This document shows positions 1 through 9,325 of a stretch of 64,000 nt of DNA, one piece after another. The DNA is taken from the NCBI GenBank assembly GCA_963625925.1, contig CAVFVF010000003.1:2476-66475 (forward strand). Direction: 5' to 3'. The stretch's first letter is position 1. Each line of letters starts with the position of its first letter. The DNA is from Eggerthellaceae bacterium (GTDB lineage: Bacteria; Actinomycetota; Coriobacteriia; Coriobacteriales; Eggerthellaceae). The notes beneath the pieces are model-generated. The model was not told where the DNA came from, ran no database searches, and saw only the letters and a program-made list of their open reading frames with translations. Both the position numbers and the translations under genes were made by a program.

Positions 1-11
1 GCAACCCTCAG

Positions 12-428
12 ATGATCGACGTAATACTGCTGATAGGCAGGCTTCTTTTTGTAGCACTGCTGTATCTGTTCCTTTTCGCCATCATGAAAACCGGCATCGG
101 CATGGTGCGCGGCCAGCGTAAAAGCGGCCAGCGCTGGACGGTTGCCATCGAAAAAGGCCCCAAAGAACTGCGCGGCGTCAACATCGGCGTAACCGGCCCC
201 ATCATTGTTGGCCGCAGCCCGGGAAGCGACATCGTTATCGGCGCGGAATACGTTTCCAGCCGCCATGCCCGCTTTGTTTTGATGGGCCAAAACCTCTTCA
301 TTGAAGATTTAGGCTCCACCAACGGCACAGCAGTAAACGGCCGTTACATTGCCGAGCCCACCGCGCTTAAAAACGGCGACAAAGTAACCGTCGGCGACGT
401 AACCATGCGCGTACGATACGCCCAATAA
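12..428 (+). CDS. FHA-domain protein with N-terminal membrane anchor (FhaB/FipA-like)
   Basis: 138-aa ORF. Hydrophobic N-terminus, then an FHA signature (GRSPGSDIVI..SSRHARF..EDLGSTNGTAVNG). Lies directly upstream of a PP2C phosphatase, as in actinobacterial fha-pstP-rodA-pbpA-pknB clusters. Confidence 0.85.
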   Translation: MIDVILLIGRLLFVALLYLFLFAIMKTGIGMVRGQRKSGQRWTVAIEKGPKELRGVNIGVTGPIIVGRSPGSDIVIGAEYVSSRHARFVLMGQNLFIEDLGSTNGTAVNGRYIAEPTALKNGDKVTVGDVTMRVRYAQ

Positions 429-436
429 GCAAAGAG

Positions 437-1624
437 ATGACATCGAATATGCCTACACAACGCAGCCCTCGCGCTGAACGGAAAGCCATGAACGAACCTA
501 ACGCAACCTCATTCTTTGGAAGCCGCACGGAAGTTGGCCATGTGCGTGAGCACAATGAAGACAGCTTGGTGGTAACCCCGCCGCTGTTTGCCGTGGCCGA
601 CGGCATGGGTGGCCATGAAGCAGGTGAAGTGGCATCCGAAATTGCCATTAAAACCTTAGCCGAGCTTGCCCCGCAAAACGCCGATGGCGAAGCTTTGGCC
701 CGCGCCGTGGTTGCCGCAAACCTCAACGTAATCAAAGCGCCGCGCGAGGGTATTGGTCGCGAAGGCATGGGTACCACGCTCACCGCAGCCATTCTGGAAG
801 GCGAGCGTTTGGTAATTGCCCAGGTGGGCGACTCGCGTGCCTACCTTTTGCACGATGGCCACCTGCAGCAGCTTACCCGCGATCATAGCCTTATGGCCGA
901 CATGATCGAAGCCGGCCAGCTTACCGAAGCCGAAGCCCGTGTGCATCCCAACCGCTCGGTTATCACCCGCGCCATTGGATCCGACCCGCACATGCAGCCC
1001 GACATCTACGAGCTCAACGTTGCCTCGGGCGATCGCATCCTGCTGTGCTCCGATGGTGTTTGCGGCATGATAGACGACCAGGAAATTGCCACCATCATGG
1101 GCGGCTCCGAAACCGCGCAGATTTGCGCCGACAACCTGGTGGCAGGCGCTCTTGCTGCAGGTGGATACGACAATGCAACCGCCATCGTTATCGATGTGGA
1201 AGGCTTTAGGGTAGTGCGCGAGCGCAAGGCAAAGCGCAAGGGCAAGATCTGGGCGGCATTCCTTGTGGTGGTTCTTCTGGCCATCATTGCCGCAGCAGGT
1301 GTTGCCGGCTACCAATATGTAAACAATTCCGCCTACCTTATTAACCAGGATGGCAAAGTGGCGCTGTACCGCGGCCTTCAAGACGAAATGTTTGGCATGC
1401 CGCTTTCAAACCTAGAGCGCGTAACCGATGTTGACGTTAACAAGCTGCAGCCAAGCGTGGCCGAGCGCCTGAACAAGGGCATTGCTGTTGGCAGTATCGA
1501 AGAAGCCGAAGAAACCATCGCTTCTTACGAAGAAGAAATTGCCCGCCAGTCTGGCCAAGGCTCTTCTTCTGCAAGTTCAACCACAACCCAGGGCTCTAGC
1601 GCCCAGGCAAGCTCGCGCCGCTAG
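437..1624 (+). CDS. pstP: PP2C-family Ser/Thr phosphatase with C-terminal membrane anchor (PstP-like)
   Basis: 395 aa. PP2C motifs (EDS, DGMGGHEAGEVAS, VGDSRAY, CSDG), one TM segment (IWAAFLVVVLLAIIAAAGVAGY) and a Ser-rich tail. Position in the conserved cluster. Confidence 0.9.
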   Translation: MTSNMPTQRSPRAERKAMNEPNATSFFGSRTEVGHVREHNEDSLVVTPPLFAVADGMGGHEAGEVASEIAIKTLAELAPQNADGEALARAVVAANLNVIKAPREGIGREGMGTTLTAAILEGERLVIAQVGDSRAYLLHDGHLQQLTRDHSLMADMIEAGQLTEAEARVHPNRSVITRAIGSDPHMQPDIYELNVASGDRILLCSDGVCGMIDDQEIATIMGGSETAQICADNLVAGALAAGGYDNATAIVIDVEGFRVVRERKAKRKGKIWAAFLVVVLLAIIAAAGVAGYQYVNNSAYLINQDGKVALYRGLQDEMFGMPLSNLERVTDVDVNKLQPSVAERLNKGIAVGSIEEAEETIASYEEEIARQSGQGSSSASSTTTQGSSAQASSRR

Positions 1625-1640
1625 CGAAGGCAGGTAGCGC

Positions 1641-4397
1641 ATGACCCGTCGCAACACAGAGCTTTTGCTGCTATGCATAGCAGCGCCGCTGGTATTACTG
1701 CTTTTTGCCATGGTTGCCATGAACCAGGATGGTTCCGTAACGCTTGACAACCTTACGGTTCCGCTGGGCATGTTCGCCACGTTTGTGGTGGCTCATCTGG
1801 CTATTCGCAAGTTGGCGCCTGGCGCCGACCCGGCAATCTTGCCTATTTCGTTTGCCCTTACCGGCATAGGCATCGCGTTCATCACCCGCCTTGCGCCCGA
1901 CTTGGCAATGCGCCAGGTAGGATGGCTGTTCCTAGGCGTCGTGTTCATGATTGTGGTGCTGGCCGCAGTACGTAATCTGGACAAGCTTTCCAATTACAAG
2001 TTCACCATTATGATCTTGGGCATCTTGCTGCTGCTGTCGCCCATGCTGCCAGGCATTGGCAACGAAATCTACGGCAGCCGCATTTGGCTTTCCATCGGCG
2101 GTTTTTCGTTCCAGCCGGGCGAGCTCGCCAAGATCTGCATCGTGGTATTCCTGGCAGCCTACCTGGCACAAAACCGCGAAATGCTCTCCGACTTTTCTCA
2201 CAAGCTGGGGCCCTTCCCCATGCCCGACCCGCGTGCCCTTATGCCCGTATTGTTTATGTGGGCTGTTGCGCTTTTGGTTATCGTGTTCGAAAAAGACCTG
2301 GGCTCGGCGCTGGTTTTGTTCTTCGTGTTTGTGGTTATGCTCTACGTGGCAACCGGCAAACATGCCTACATCTTTATCAGCTTGCTGCTTATCACGCTTG
2401 GATTCGTGGCTGCGTACTTCCTGTTCAGCCATGTTCAGGTTCGTGTCGAAACCTGGCTCGATCCGTTTGCCGACCCAACCAATACAGGTTATCAGCTGGT
2501 ACAAAGTATCTTCAGCATTGCCGATGGTGGCCTGTTTGGCGTAGGAATTGGCAATGGCATGGCTTCGCAGATTCCCATTGTTGAGTCCGACTTCATCTTC
2601 AGCGCTATTGCCGAAGAAGTGGGCCTTTTGGGCGCCGCCGGCGTACTGCTTTTGTACCTGCTGTTCTCTATCCGTGGCGTGCTTATCGCCGTCCGTGCCA
2701 AGAGCGACGTCAGCTCGTTTATGGCTGCAGGCTTTACCGCCATCATCATCCTTCAGGCATTCATTATTGTTGGCGGCGTAACGCGCTTTATCCCGCTTAC
2801 AGGTTTGACCTTGCCCTTTGTAAGCCAAGGCGGCTCTTCGCTTTTGGCCAGCTTTATCATTGTGGGCTTCCTTATGCGCGCCAGCGATCAAGGCACCGGC
2901 CTTGAAACCGAAATGACTTCGGGCACCGGCTCCATCACCATCAATGGCGCACTGGGTCGCGTTGCACTGGGTAAGCGCCTTACCGGTACGCTCATCGTGT
3001 TCTCGTGCCTGTTTGCCCTGCTGGTGGCCAACCTTACGCTCATCATGGTTATCCAGGCCGACTACTACAAAAACATGAGCATCAACAACCACACCATTGC
3101 CAAGGAATCCAAGTCGGAACGCGGCGCCATCACCACCTACGACAACGTGCTGCTGGCCCATTCCGTGCTGCAAAGCGATGGCACCTACAAACGCGAATAC
3201 CCTGCAGGCACGCTGGCTTCGCACATTGTGGGCTACGCTTCGAGCACGTACGGTACCGCCGGCATCGAATCCAGCTGTAACGATACGCTGAAGGGCGAAA
3301 GCAACTACGCTTCGTGGATCGATGTACTGAATTCGTATTCGGGTGCAGGCACGGCAGGCAATGACGTTAAGCTCACCATCAATTCCACGGTGCAAAAAGC
3401 GGCCGAAAAAGCCCTTAACGGTTACAAGGGCGCCTGCGTGGTAATGGACCCCGAAACGGGTGCGGTGCTGGCTATGGCCTCTTCACCTACCTACGATGCC
3501 GCCGACGTGGAAGACATTCTTTCCAACAGCAGCGAAACCTCGGCCTTGTACAACCGCGCAACACAGGCGCTGTACTCCCCTGGCTCCACCTTCAAGATTG
3601 TTTCGCTTACCACGGCGTTTGAAGAAAACGTAGCCAAGGAAGACACCACCTACGATTCGCCCGACAAGCTCGAAATAGGCGGCGGCGAGGTTACCAACTT
3701 CAACAACGCCAAATACGGCAAAATCACGCTTTCGCGTGCAACGGAGCTTTCCTCCAACACCGTATACGCCCAGTTAGGCGATGCCATTGGCCCGCAAAAG
3801 CTGGTTTCTTCTTCCGAAGAATTCGGCTTTAACCTGGCCATCAAGTTCGACCTTCCGCTGGCAAAGAGCCTTATGCCCAACCCCGACGAAATGACCCAAT
3901 GGGAAACCGCATGGGCCGCCGCCGGCGAGCCGGTAGGCGAACACGAATCACCCGCTGGCCCGCAGGCTACCGTACTGCAGATGGCCCTGGTTGGCTGCGC
4001 TATTGCCAACGACGGCACTATCATGCAGCCCTACTTGGTAGACAGCGTAAGCAATGCCGACGGCAAAAACAGCTATCGCGCCACGCCCACCACGCTTTCC
4101 AACGTGTGCAGCACTTCGGTTGCCAAACGCGTAAAGAGCGTGCTGGAAGGCGTTGTGAACAACGGCACTGGTACGGCGGCGCAGGTAAAGGGCGTTCAGA
4201 TTGCCGGCAAAACCGGTACCGCCGAAACCGGCAAAGAAAAGGACGACCGCTGGTTTGTGGGCATGGGCCCCTCTGAAGATTGCTCGGTGGTAGTTGCCAT
4301 CGTTTTGGAAGAAGCCGGCGAGCAGCTTTCGGGCGGCGCAGCAGGACGCGCAAAAGGCGTGCTCCAAGCAGCGCTTGAGATACAAGGCGACTTATAA
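1641..4397 (+). CDS. Fused SEDS glycosyltransferase (RodA/FtsW family) and class B penicillin-binding transpeptidase
   Basis: One uninterrupted 918-aa ORF. The N-terminal ~420 aa are polytopic and end in the SEDS C-terminal motif LTLPFVSQGGSSLL. A new TM anchor follows, then a transpeptidase domain with STFK, SSN and KTGT motifs. Confidence 0.85.
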   Translation: MTRRNTELLLLCIAAPLVLLLFAMVAMNQDGSVTLDNLTVPLGMFATFVVAHLAIRKLAPGADPAILPISFALTGIGIAFITRLAPDLAMRQVGWLFLGVVFMIVVLAAVRNLDKLSNYKFTIMILGILLLLSPMLPGIGNEIYGSRIWLSIGGFSFQPGELAKICIVVFLAAYLAQNREMLSDFSHKLGPFPMPDPRALMPVLFMWAVALLVIVFEKDLGSALVLFFVFVVMLYVATGKHAYIFISLLLITLGFVAAYFLFSHVQVRVETWLDPFADPTNTGYQLVQSIFSIADGGLFGVGIGNGMASQIPIVESDFIFSAIAEEVGLLGAAGVLLLYLLFSIRGVLIAVRAKSDVSSFMAAGFTAIIILQAFIIVGGVTRFIPLTGLTLPFVSQGGSSLLASFIIVGFLMRASDQGTGLETEMTSGTGSITINGALGRVALGKRLTGTLIVFSCLFALLVANLTLIMVIQADYYKNMSINNHTIAKESKSERGAITTYDNVLLAHSVLQSDGTYKREYPAGTLASHIVGYASSTYGTAGIESSCNDTLKGESNYASWIDVLNSYSGAGTAGNDVKLTINSTVQKAAEKALNGYKGACVVMDPETGAVLAMASSPTYDAADVEDILSNSSETSALYNRATQALYSPGSTFKIVSLTTAFEENVAKEDTTYDSPDKLEIGGGEVTNFNNAKYGKITLSRATELSSNTVYAQLGDAIGPQKLVSSSEEFGFNLAIKFDLPLAKSLMPNPDEMTQWETAWAAAGEPVGEHESPAGPQATVLQMALVGCAIANDGTIMQPYLVDSVSNADGKNSYRATPTTLSNVCSTSVAKRVKSVLEGVVNNGTGTAAQVKGVQIAGKTGTAETGKEKDDRWFVGMGPSEDCSVVVAIVLEEAGEQLSGGAAGRAKGVLQAALEIQGDL

Positions 4398-4510
4398 GGA
4401 AACGATTTTTCAAACAATCGTGAAGGCCTAACAACAAGAGGCGTTCACTAGGCTAAATAAGATATGCTTAAACATTAAGTGTTAAGCATGGATCCAAAGG
4501 GAGTTTTAAC

Positions 4511-6439
4511 GTGGCTGGAAGCATGGTTGGCAGAACATTCAATAACCGCTACACGCTAACTGAACGCGTGGGCCTGGGCGGCATGGCCGAGGTTTACCGC
4601 GCAACCGACAATGTACTGGGACGCACCGTTGCCGTAAAGGTAATGCTGCCCCAATATGCGGCAGACCCCACCTTTACCAAGCGTTTTCGCCAGGAAGCCG
4701 CATCGGCGGCAAACCTGCAAAGCCCCTACATCGTAAGCGTTTACGACTGGGGCCTGGACGGCGAAACCTACTACATCGTCATGGAGTTCCTGCGCGGCAC
4801 CGACCTTAAAACCGCTATTCAGGAACGCGGCGCTATCAACCAGCGCAAGGCTGCCGAAATCGGCTCGCAGGTTGCACAAGCCCTTTCTGTGGCACACGAA
4901 GGCGGCGTAATCCACCGCGACATCAAGCCGCAGAACATCATGATTCAGCCTGATGGCAACATCAAGGTAATGGACTTTGGCATTGCACGTGCAGGCGATG
5001 CTGGCCTTTCGCAGACGGCTACCGTTCTGGGCACGGCTCATTACGTTTCGCCCGAGCAGGCCCAGGGCAAAGAGCTCACCGGCGCCAGCGACATCTATTC
5101 GCTGGGTGTTGTTCTGTACGAAGCCGTTACCGGCAAACTTCCCTTCGACGGCCAGGACGCCGTAAGCGTTGCCGTTAAGCAGGTAAACGAAGTTCCGGCT
5201 GCTCCCAGCACCATCAACCCCAATATCGACCCGGGCCTTGAAGCCATCATCATGAAGGCCTTGGAAAAGGATCCGGCTCGCCGCTTCAAAGACGCATCTG
5301 AAATGCGCCATATCCTAAACGACTTCTTGGCAGGGCGCCCCATCAACCTGGGCAACGACATTGCCGGCATGCAAACGCAGGTAATGGGCGGTGTTCCCAA
5401 CATGCAGAATGCCACCCAGGTAATGTCTGCTGTTCCCGGCCAGGGCACTGGCAACTTCACCAAGGTATACAACGCCAATAACGAAGATGCCGAAGCTGCC
5501 GCCAAAAAGAAGAAGCGCAACATCATCATCGGTGTGATTGTGGGCCTTTTGGTTGTGCTGGGCATTGCGGGTGCCGTATTCGCCATGGGCAACGAAAAGG
5601 TTACCGTGCCCGATGTTTCTGGCAAAACCATTGCACAGGCACGCACCACGCTGGAACAGGCCGGCTTTGTGGTTGGCTCCGAAACCGAGGTGTACAGCAG
5701 CACGGTTGCCAGCGGCAACGTAGTAAGCACCGACCCGAAGGCTGGTGAGCAAGCCACCAAGGGCTCCACCATTAAAATCAGCGTTTCCAAGGGCACCGAG
5801 CAGGTACAGGTACCCGATTTGAAGGGCAAATCGGCCGATGATGCCCAGAAGGCTCTTGATGCCGTTGGCCTTTCCGGCAAACAGGGCGACACCGTATATT
5901 CCGACGATGTTGACGAAGGCAAGGTAGCCAGCCAGGACGTTTCTGCTGGCGACAAGGCCAACAAGGGCGACACTATTGTGTATCACCTTTCCAAGGGCTC
6001 CGAGCAGGTTTCCATCCCCAACGTACAGGGCATGGGCCAGAGCAACGCTACCAGCAAGCTTGAAAACGCAGGCTTCACCGTTAAGGTTGCTACCAAGGAA
6101 AGCAGCGATGTTGAAAAGGGCGTAGTAATCTCCCAGGACAAGACCGGTACCGCCAAGAAGGGCGACACTATTACCATCACGGTTTCTTCCGGTACGTCTT
6201 CGGTTGATGTACCCAACGTAGTTGGCAAGACCGAAGCCGACGCCAAGAAGGCCATTGAAGCGGCCAACCTTAAGTGGGATACGCAAACCCAAACCAGCTC
6301 TACGGTAGCCAAGGGCAGCGTAATTTCGCAGACCCCCGCTAGCGGCAAGAGCGTAACCAAGAACACCGTAATTACGCTGGTAATTTCCGGTGGCCCGGGT
6401 GCTTCTGCTGGCAACAACACCAGCGGTAGTGGCAATTAA
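4511..6439 (+). CDS. pknB: Ser/Thr protein kinase with four extracellular PASTA repeats (PknB-like)
   Basis: 642 aa with a GTG start 8 nt after AAAGGGAG. Hanks kinase motifs (VAVK, HRDIKPQN, DFGIA, SPEQ), one TM segment, and four VxVPxV-type PASTA repeats. Confidence 0.92.
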   Translation: MAGSMVGRTFNNRYTLTERVGLGGMAEVYRATDNVLGRTVAVKVMLPQYAADPTFTKRFRQEAASAANLQSPYIVSVYDWGLDGETYYIVMEFLRGTDLKTAIQERGAINQRKAAEIGSQVAQALSVAHEGGVIHRDIKPQNIMIQPDGNIKVMDFGIARAGDAGLSQTATVLGTAHYVSPEQAQGKELTGASDIYSLGVVLYEAVTGKLPFDGQDAVSVAVKQVNEVPAAPSTINPNIDPGLEAIIMKALEKDPARRFKDASEMRHILNDFLAGRPINLGNDIAGMQTQVMGGVPNMQNATQVMSAVPGQGTGNFTKVYNANNEDAEAAAKKKKRNIIIGVIVGLLVVLGIAGAVFAMGNEKVTVPDVSGKTIAQARTTLEQAGFVVGSETEVYSSTVASGNVVSTDPKAGEQATKGSTIKISVSKGTEQVQVPDLKGKSADDAQKALDAVGLSGKQGDTVYSDDVDEGKVASQDVSAGDKANKGDTIVYHLSKGSEQVSIPNVQGMGQSNATSKLENAGFTVKVATKESSDVEKGVVISQDKTGTAKKGDTITITVSSGTSSVDVPNVVGKTEADAKKAIEAANLKWDTQTQTSSTVAKGSVISQTPASGKSVTKNTVITLVISGGPGASAGNNTSGSGN

Positions 6440-6462
6440 GCCGCACCGGTAAAGCTGATCGG

Positions 6463-6498
6463 ATAGCCGTCCAGGGCAACCTGGGCGGCTATTTTTTT
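6463..6498 (+). terminator. Rho-independent terminator after pknB
   Basis: GC-rich hairpin atagccgtccagg/cctgggcggctat followed by T7. Confidence 0.7.
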
Positions 6499-6650
6499 GT
6501 TTAAAGGGCAGGGTGAATTAAGCGCGTTGCTGGGGGCGTGAAGGCGTCCGCAACGTCGTCGCGCCCAAAGCGGATGAGCGCCGCCCAGAAGGACGGCAGC
6601 CAAACAGCGGTATGGTAAGATACCAAGGCTGCAACATCAGCATCCTTTCT

Positions 6651-6726
6651 GCCCCCGTAGCTCAGAGGATAGAGCGTCGGTTTCCTAAACCGTGCGTCGG
6701 AGGTTCGAGTCCTCTCGGGGGCGCCA
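6651..6726 (+). tRNA. tRNA-Arg (anticodon CCT), CCA encoded
   Basis: Cloverleaf by eye: acceptor GCCCCCG/CGGGGGC, anticodon stem TCGGT/ACCGT with loop TTCCTAA, T-arm GGAGGTTCGAGTCCTCT, 3' GCCA. Confidence 0.9.
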
Positions 6727-6736
6727 GACTCGCCAG

Positions 6737-6761
6737 AGCCCGCCACTTCGGCGGGCTTTTT
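6737..6761 (+). terminator. Terminator after tRNA-Arg
   Basis: Hairpin gcccgcc-acttc-ggcgggc followed by TTTTT. Confidence 0.7.
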
Positions 6762-6850
6762 CATTTCGTGCGACGATGTGCAGTCAGTTCCGCGCCCGTT
6801 ACACAGCAGTTCAAAAGCAGGGCCTCGCAAAGGCTATACGCCCTGCTTGG

Positions 6851-6879
6851 TTGAGCGCAGCATAATTCAGTGATAGGAT
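6851..6879 (+). promoter_or_regulatory. Putative sigma-70-type promoter for the riboswitch-ribU-ecf operon
   Basis: TTGAGC, a 17-nt spacer, then TAGGAT with a TG two bases upstream of the -10. It ends ~12 nt before the riboswitch P1 stem. Confidence 0.35.
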
Positions 6880-6891
6880 AGCCCGCGAACA

Positions 6892-7048
6892 CTGTTTCAG
6901 GGCGAGGTGAAATTCCTCACTGGCGGTAACGGACAGGCGGGGCAAAAGCCCCATCCGAAGCCCGCGACCCTGCTTAGCCTGGCGGCTACAGCAGGCTGAC
7001 TTGGTGCAAATCCAAGGCCAACGGTAAAAGTCCGGATGGAAGAGACAG
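6892..7048 (+). promoter_or_regulatory. FMN riboswitch (RFN element)
   Basis: Conserved RFN blocks in the correct order: cagggcgaGGTGAAATTCCtcaCtGGCGGTAa, AGCCCGCGACCC, GGTGCAAATCCaaGGCCAACGGTAAAAGTCCGGATGGaAGAGAc. The 3' strand of P1 runs into the AGGAGG ribosome-binding site at 7047-7052. Confidence 0.9.
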
Positions 7049-7058
7049 GAGGCTTGCT

Positions 7059-7640
7059 TTGTCTACCCCGAACACCCCCGCAAAAAACACCAACGTTTGG
7101 TCTACCAAACAACTCGTTACCATGGCCCTTATGTGCGCCATTGGCGTAATTCTTTCCTTCGTGGAATTCCCGCTTCTGCCGGGCGTTACCTGGCTTAAGT
7201 TCGATGCCTCCAACATGCCCGCCATGGTTTGCGGCTTCGCCTTTGGCCCTGGCGCTGGCGTCGCAGTAGGCATTGTTACCGCCATTATCCACGGCCTGCT
7301 TATGGCCGACTTCACCGGCGCGCTCATGAACATCCTTACGGTTACCTGCTTCGTGCTGCCCGCCGCCATCGTATACAAGAAAAAGCGCACCTACCCTGCC
7401 GCCATCGCCGGCTTGGTAGGCAGCGTTGTTGCGGCAACCCTGGGCGCCGTTGTGGGCAATCTCATCCTTACCCCCATGTGGCTGGGCGTTCCGCTTGATG
7501 CGGTTATCGCCATGATCATCCCCATCCTTATCCCCTTCAACCTGCTGAAGGGCGCGCTCAACGCGGTAATCACCCTTATTGTTTACAAGGCAATCTCCAA
7601 CCTCATCACGCCCAAGAAAGACCAAACGAAGGGCCGCTAA
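7059..7640 (+). CDS. ribU: ECF transporter S component, riboflavin-specific by context (RibU-like)
   Basis: 193 aa with about 5-6 TM segments. TTG start 6 nt after AGGAGG, immediately downstream of the FMN riboswitch and upstream of ecfA1A2T. Confidence 0.8.
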   Translation: MSTPNTPAKNTNVWSTKQLVTMALMCAIGVILSFVEFPLLPGVTWLKFDASNMPAMVCGFAFGPGAGVAVGIVTAIIHGLLMADFTGALMNILTVTCFVLPAAIVYKKKRTYPAAIAGLVGSVVAATLGAVVGNLILTPMWLGVPLDAVIAMIIPILIPFNLLKGALNAVITLIVYKAISNLITPKKDQTKGR

Positions 7641-7643
7641 TCC

Positions 7644-8465
7644 GTGATTGAGTTTTCTGACGTTTCATTTACCTACACGGGCGAAGAATTCGTCTTGTCC
7701 GACCTTTCGGTTTCTATACCGAAAGGCCAGTTCGTATGCGTTTTAGGCGCTAACGGCTCGGGCAAAAGCACGTTTTCAAAGCTCATCAATGCCCTGCTGG
7801 TTCCCGACAAGGGCAGCGTTACCGTAGACGGCATGGAAACGTCTGAAGAAGAAAACACCTTCGCCATCCGCAGCACTGCGGGTGCGGTTTTCCAGAACCC
7901 CGACGATCAGATTGTGGCCAGCATCATCGAAAACGATGTTGCCTTTGGCCCCGAAAACCTTGGCATCGAAAACCCCGAGCTGCGCCAACGCGTAGAAGCC
8001 GCGCTTACCCAGGTAGGCTTAGGCGGCAAAGGCAAGCGCGAAACCACCGCGCTTTCGGGCGGCCAGAAGCAACGCGTAGCCATTGCCGGCGTGCTGGCCA
8101 TGCACCCTTCCATACTCATATTCGACGAGGCTTCGGCCATGCTCGACCCGCGTGGCCGCCGCGGCCTTATGCGCGTTTGCAAAGAGCTGCACGCACAGGG
8201 TATGACGGTGGTTATGATTACGCACTTTATGGAAGAAGCCGCCGAGGCCGACCGCGTAATCGTGCTTGAAGAAGGCCGCTGTGTTTTGGACGGAACACCC
8301 GCTGAAGTGCTCACGCAGGACGAAAAGCTGCGCAATCTCAACCTTGACGTGCCCTTTTCCACTCAGATGTCGCGCCTTTTGCAAGACCGCGGCATAAACC
8401 TGGGCACCCACACTGAACTAACTACGCTGGAGGAGGAACTGTGTCGATTGCATTCGAACAGGTAA
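7644..8465 (+). CDS. ecfA1: ECF transporter ATPase EcfA1
   Basis: 273 aa. Walker A GANGSGKST, signature LSGGQKQRV, Walker B LIFDE. Confidence 0.9.
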   Translation: MIEFSDVSFTYTGEEFVLSDLSVSIPKGQFVCVLGANGSGKSTFSKLINALLVPDKGSVTVDGMETSEEENTFAIRSTAGAVFQNPDDQIVASIIENDVAFGPENLGIENPELRQRVEAALTQVGLGGKGKRETTALSGGQKQRVAIAGVLAMHPSILIFDEASAMLDPRGRRGLMRVCKELHAQGMTVVMITHFMEEAAEADRVIVLEEGRCVLDGTPAEVLTQDEKLRNLNLDVPFSTQMSRLLQDRGINLGTHTELTTLEEELCRLHSNR

Positions 8466-9322
8466 GCTTCAGCTACAACCCGCTTACCAAGCGTCAAAAG
8501 AAGGCCGGCGAAGAGCAACACTATGCCCTGCACAACGTTACCTTCACGCTTGAAGAAGGCGAGTTCTTGGCCATTGCCGGGCACACCGGCTCGGGCAAGA
8601 GCACGCTGGTTCAGCACTTAAACGGCCTGGCCAACCCCACCGAAGGCCGCGTGCTGTGGAACGGGCAGGATTTAGCAGCCAAGGGCGTTGCCGCACAGGC
8701 GCGCGCCGATATTGGCGTGGTGTTCCAATATCCCGAGCACCAGCTGTTTGCCGCCAGCGTGTACGAAGACGTGGCCTTTGGCCCACGCAACATGGGCCTT
8801 ACCGAAGAAGAGGTAGATGCCCGCGTGCGCCGTGCCATGGCCGATGTGCACCTAAATTTTGAGGCCTTGCAGCAGCGTTCGCCCTTTGAGCTTTCGGGCG
8901 GCCAACAGCGTCGTGTGGCGTTCGCTGGCGTACTTGCCATGGAGCCCACCACCTTGGTTTTAGACGAGCCGGTTGCCGGTCTTGACCCCGCCAGCCGCGC
9001 CGACTTTTTGGCGCTTATAAAGCGCCTGCACGAGCAGCGCAACCTAACCGTGGTAATGGTTTCGCACAACATGAACGACATTGCCGCGCTCGCCAGCCGC
9101 ATGCTGGTTATGCATGAAGGCGAAATTGCCTTTTTGGGCACACCAGAAGAAATCTTTACCCAGCATGCTGCCGAGCTGCGCAAAATCGGCCTGGGCATTC
9201 CGCATGCACAGCGCCTTTCCAACGAACTGCGCGAACAAGGTATGCCGCTGCCGGTTAAGCTCTACCAGCCCGAAACCTTGGCCGACGAAATTGCGCGCAT
9301 CCTGAATGGCCAGGAGCGCTAA
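8441..9322 (+). CDS. ecfA2: ECF transporter ATPase EcfA2
   Basis: 293 aa. GTG start after GGAGGAGGA, overlapping the end of ecfA1. GHTGSGKST, LSGGQQRRV, LVLDEP. Confidence 0.9.
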   Translation: MSIAFEQVSFSYNPLTKRQKKAGEEQHYALHNVTFTLEEGEFLAIAGHTGSGKSTLVQHLNGLANPTEGRVLWNGQDLAAKGVAAQARADIGVVFQYPEHQLFAASVYEDVAFGPRNMGLTEEEVDARVRRAMADVHLNFEALQQRSPFELSGGQQRRVAFAGVLAMEPTTLVLDEPVAGLDPASRADFLALIKRLHEQRNLTVVMVSHNMNDIAALASRMLVMHEGEIAFLGTPEEIFTQHAAELRKIGLGIPHAQRLSNELREQGMPLPVKLYQPETLADEIARILNGQER

Positions 9323-9325
9323 ACC

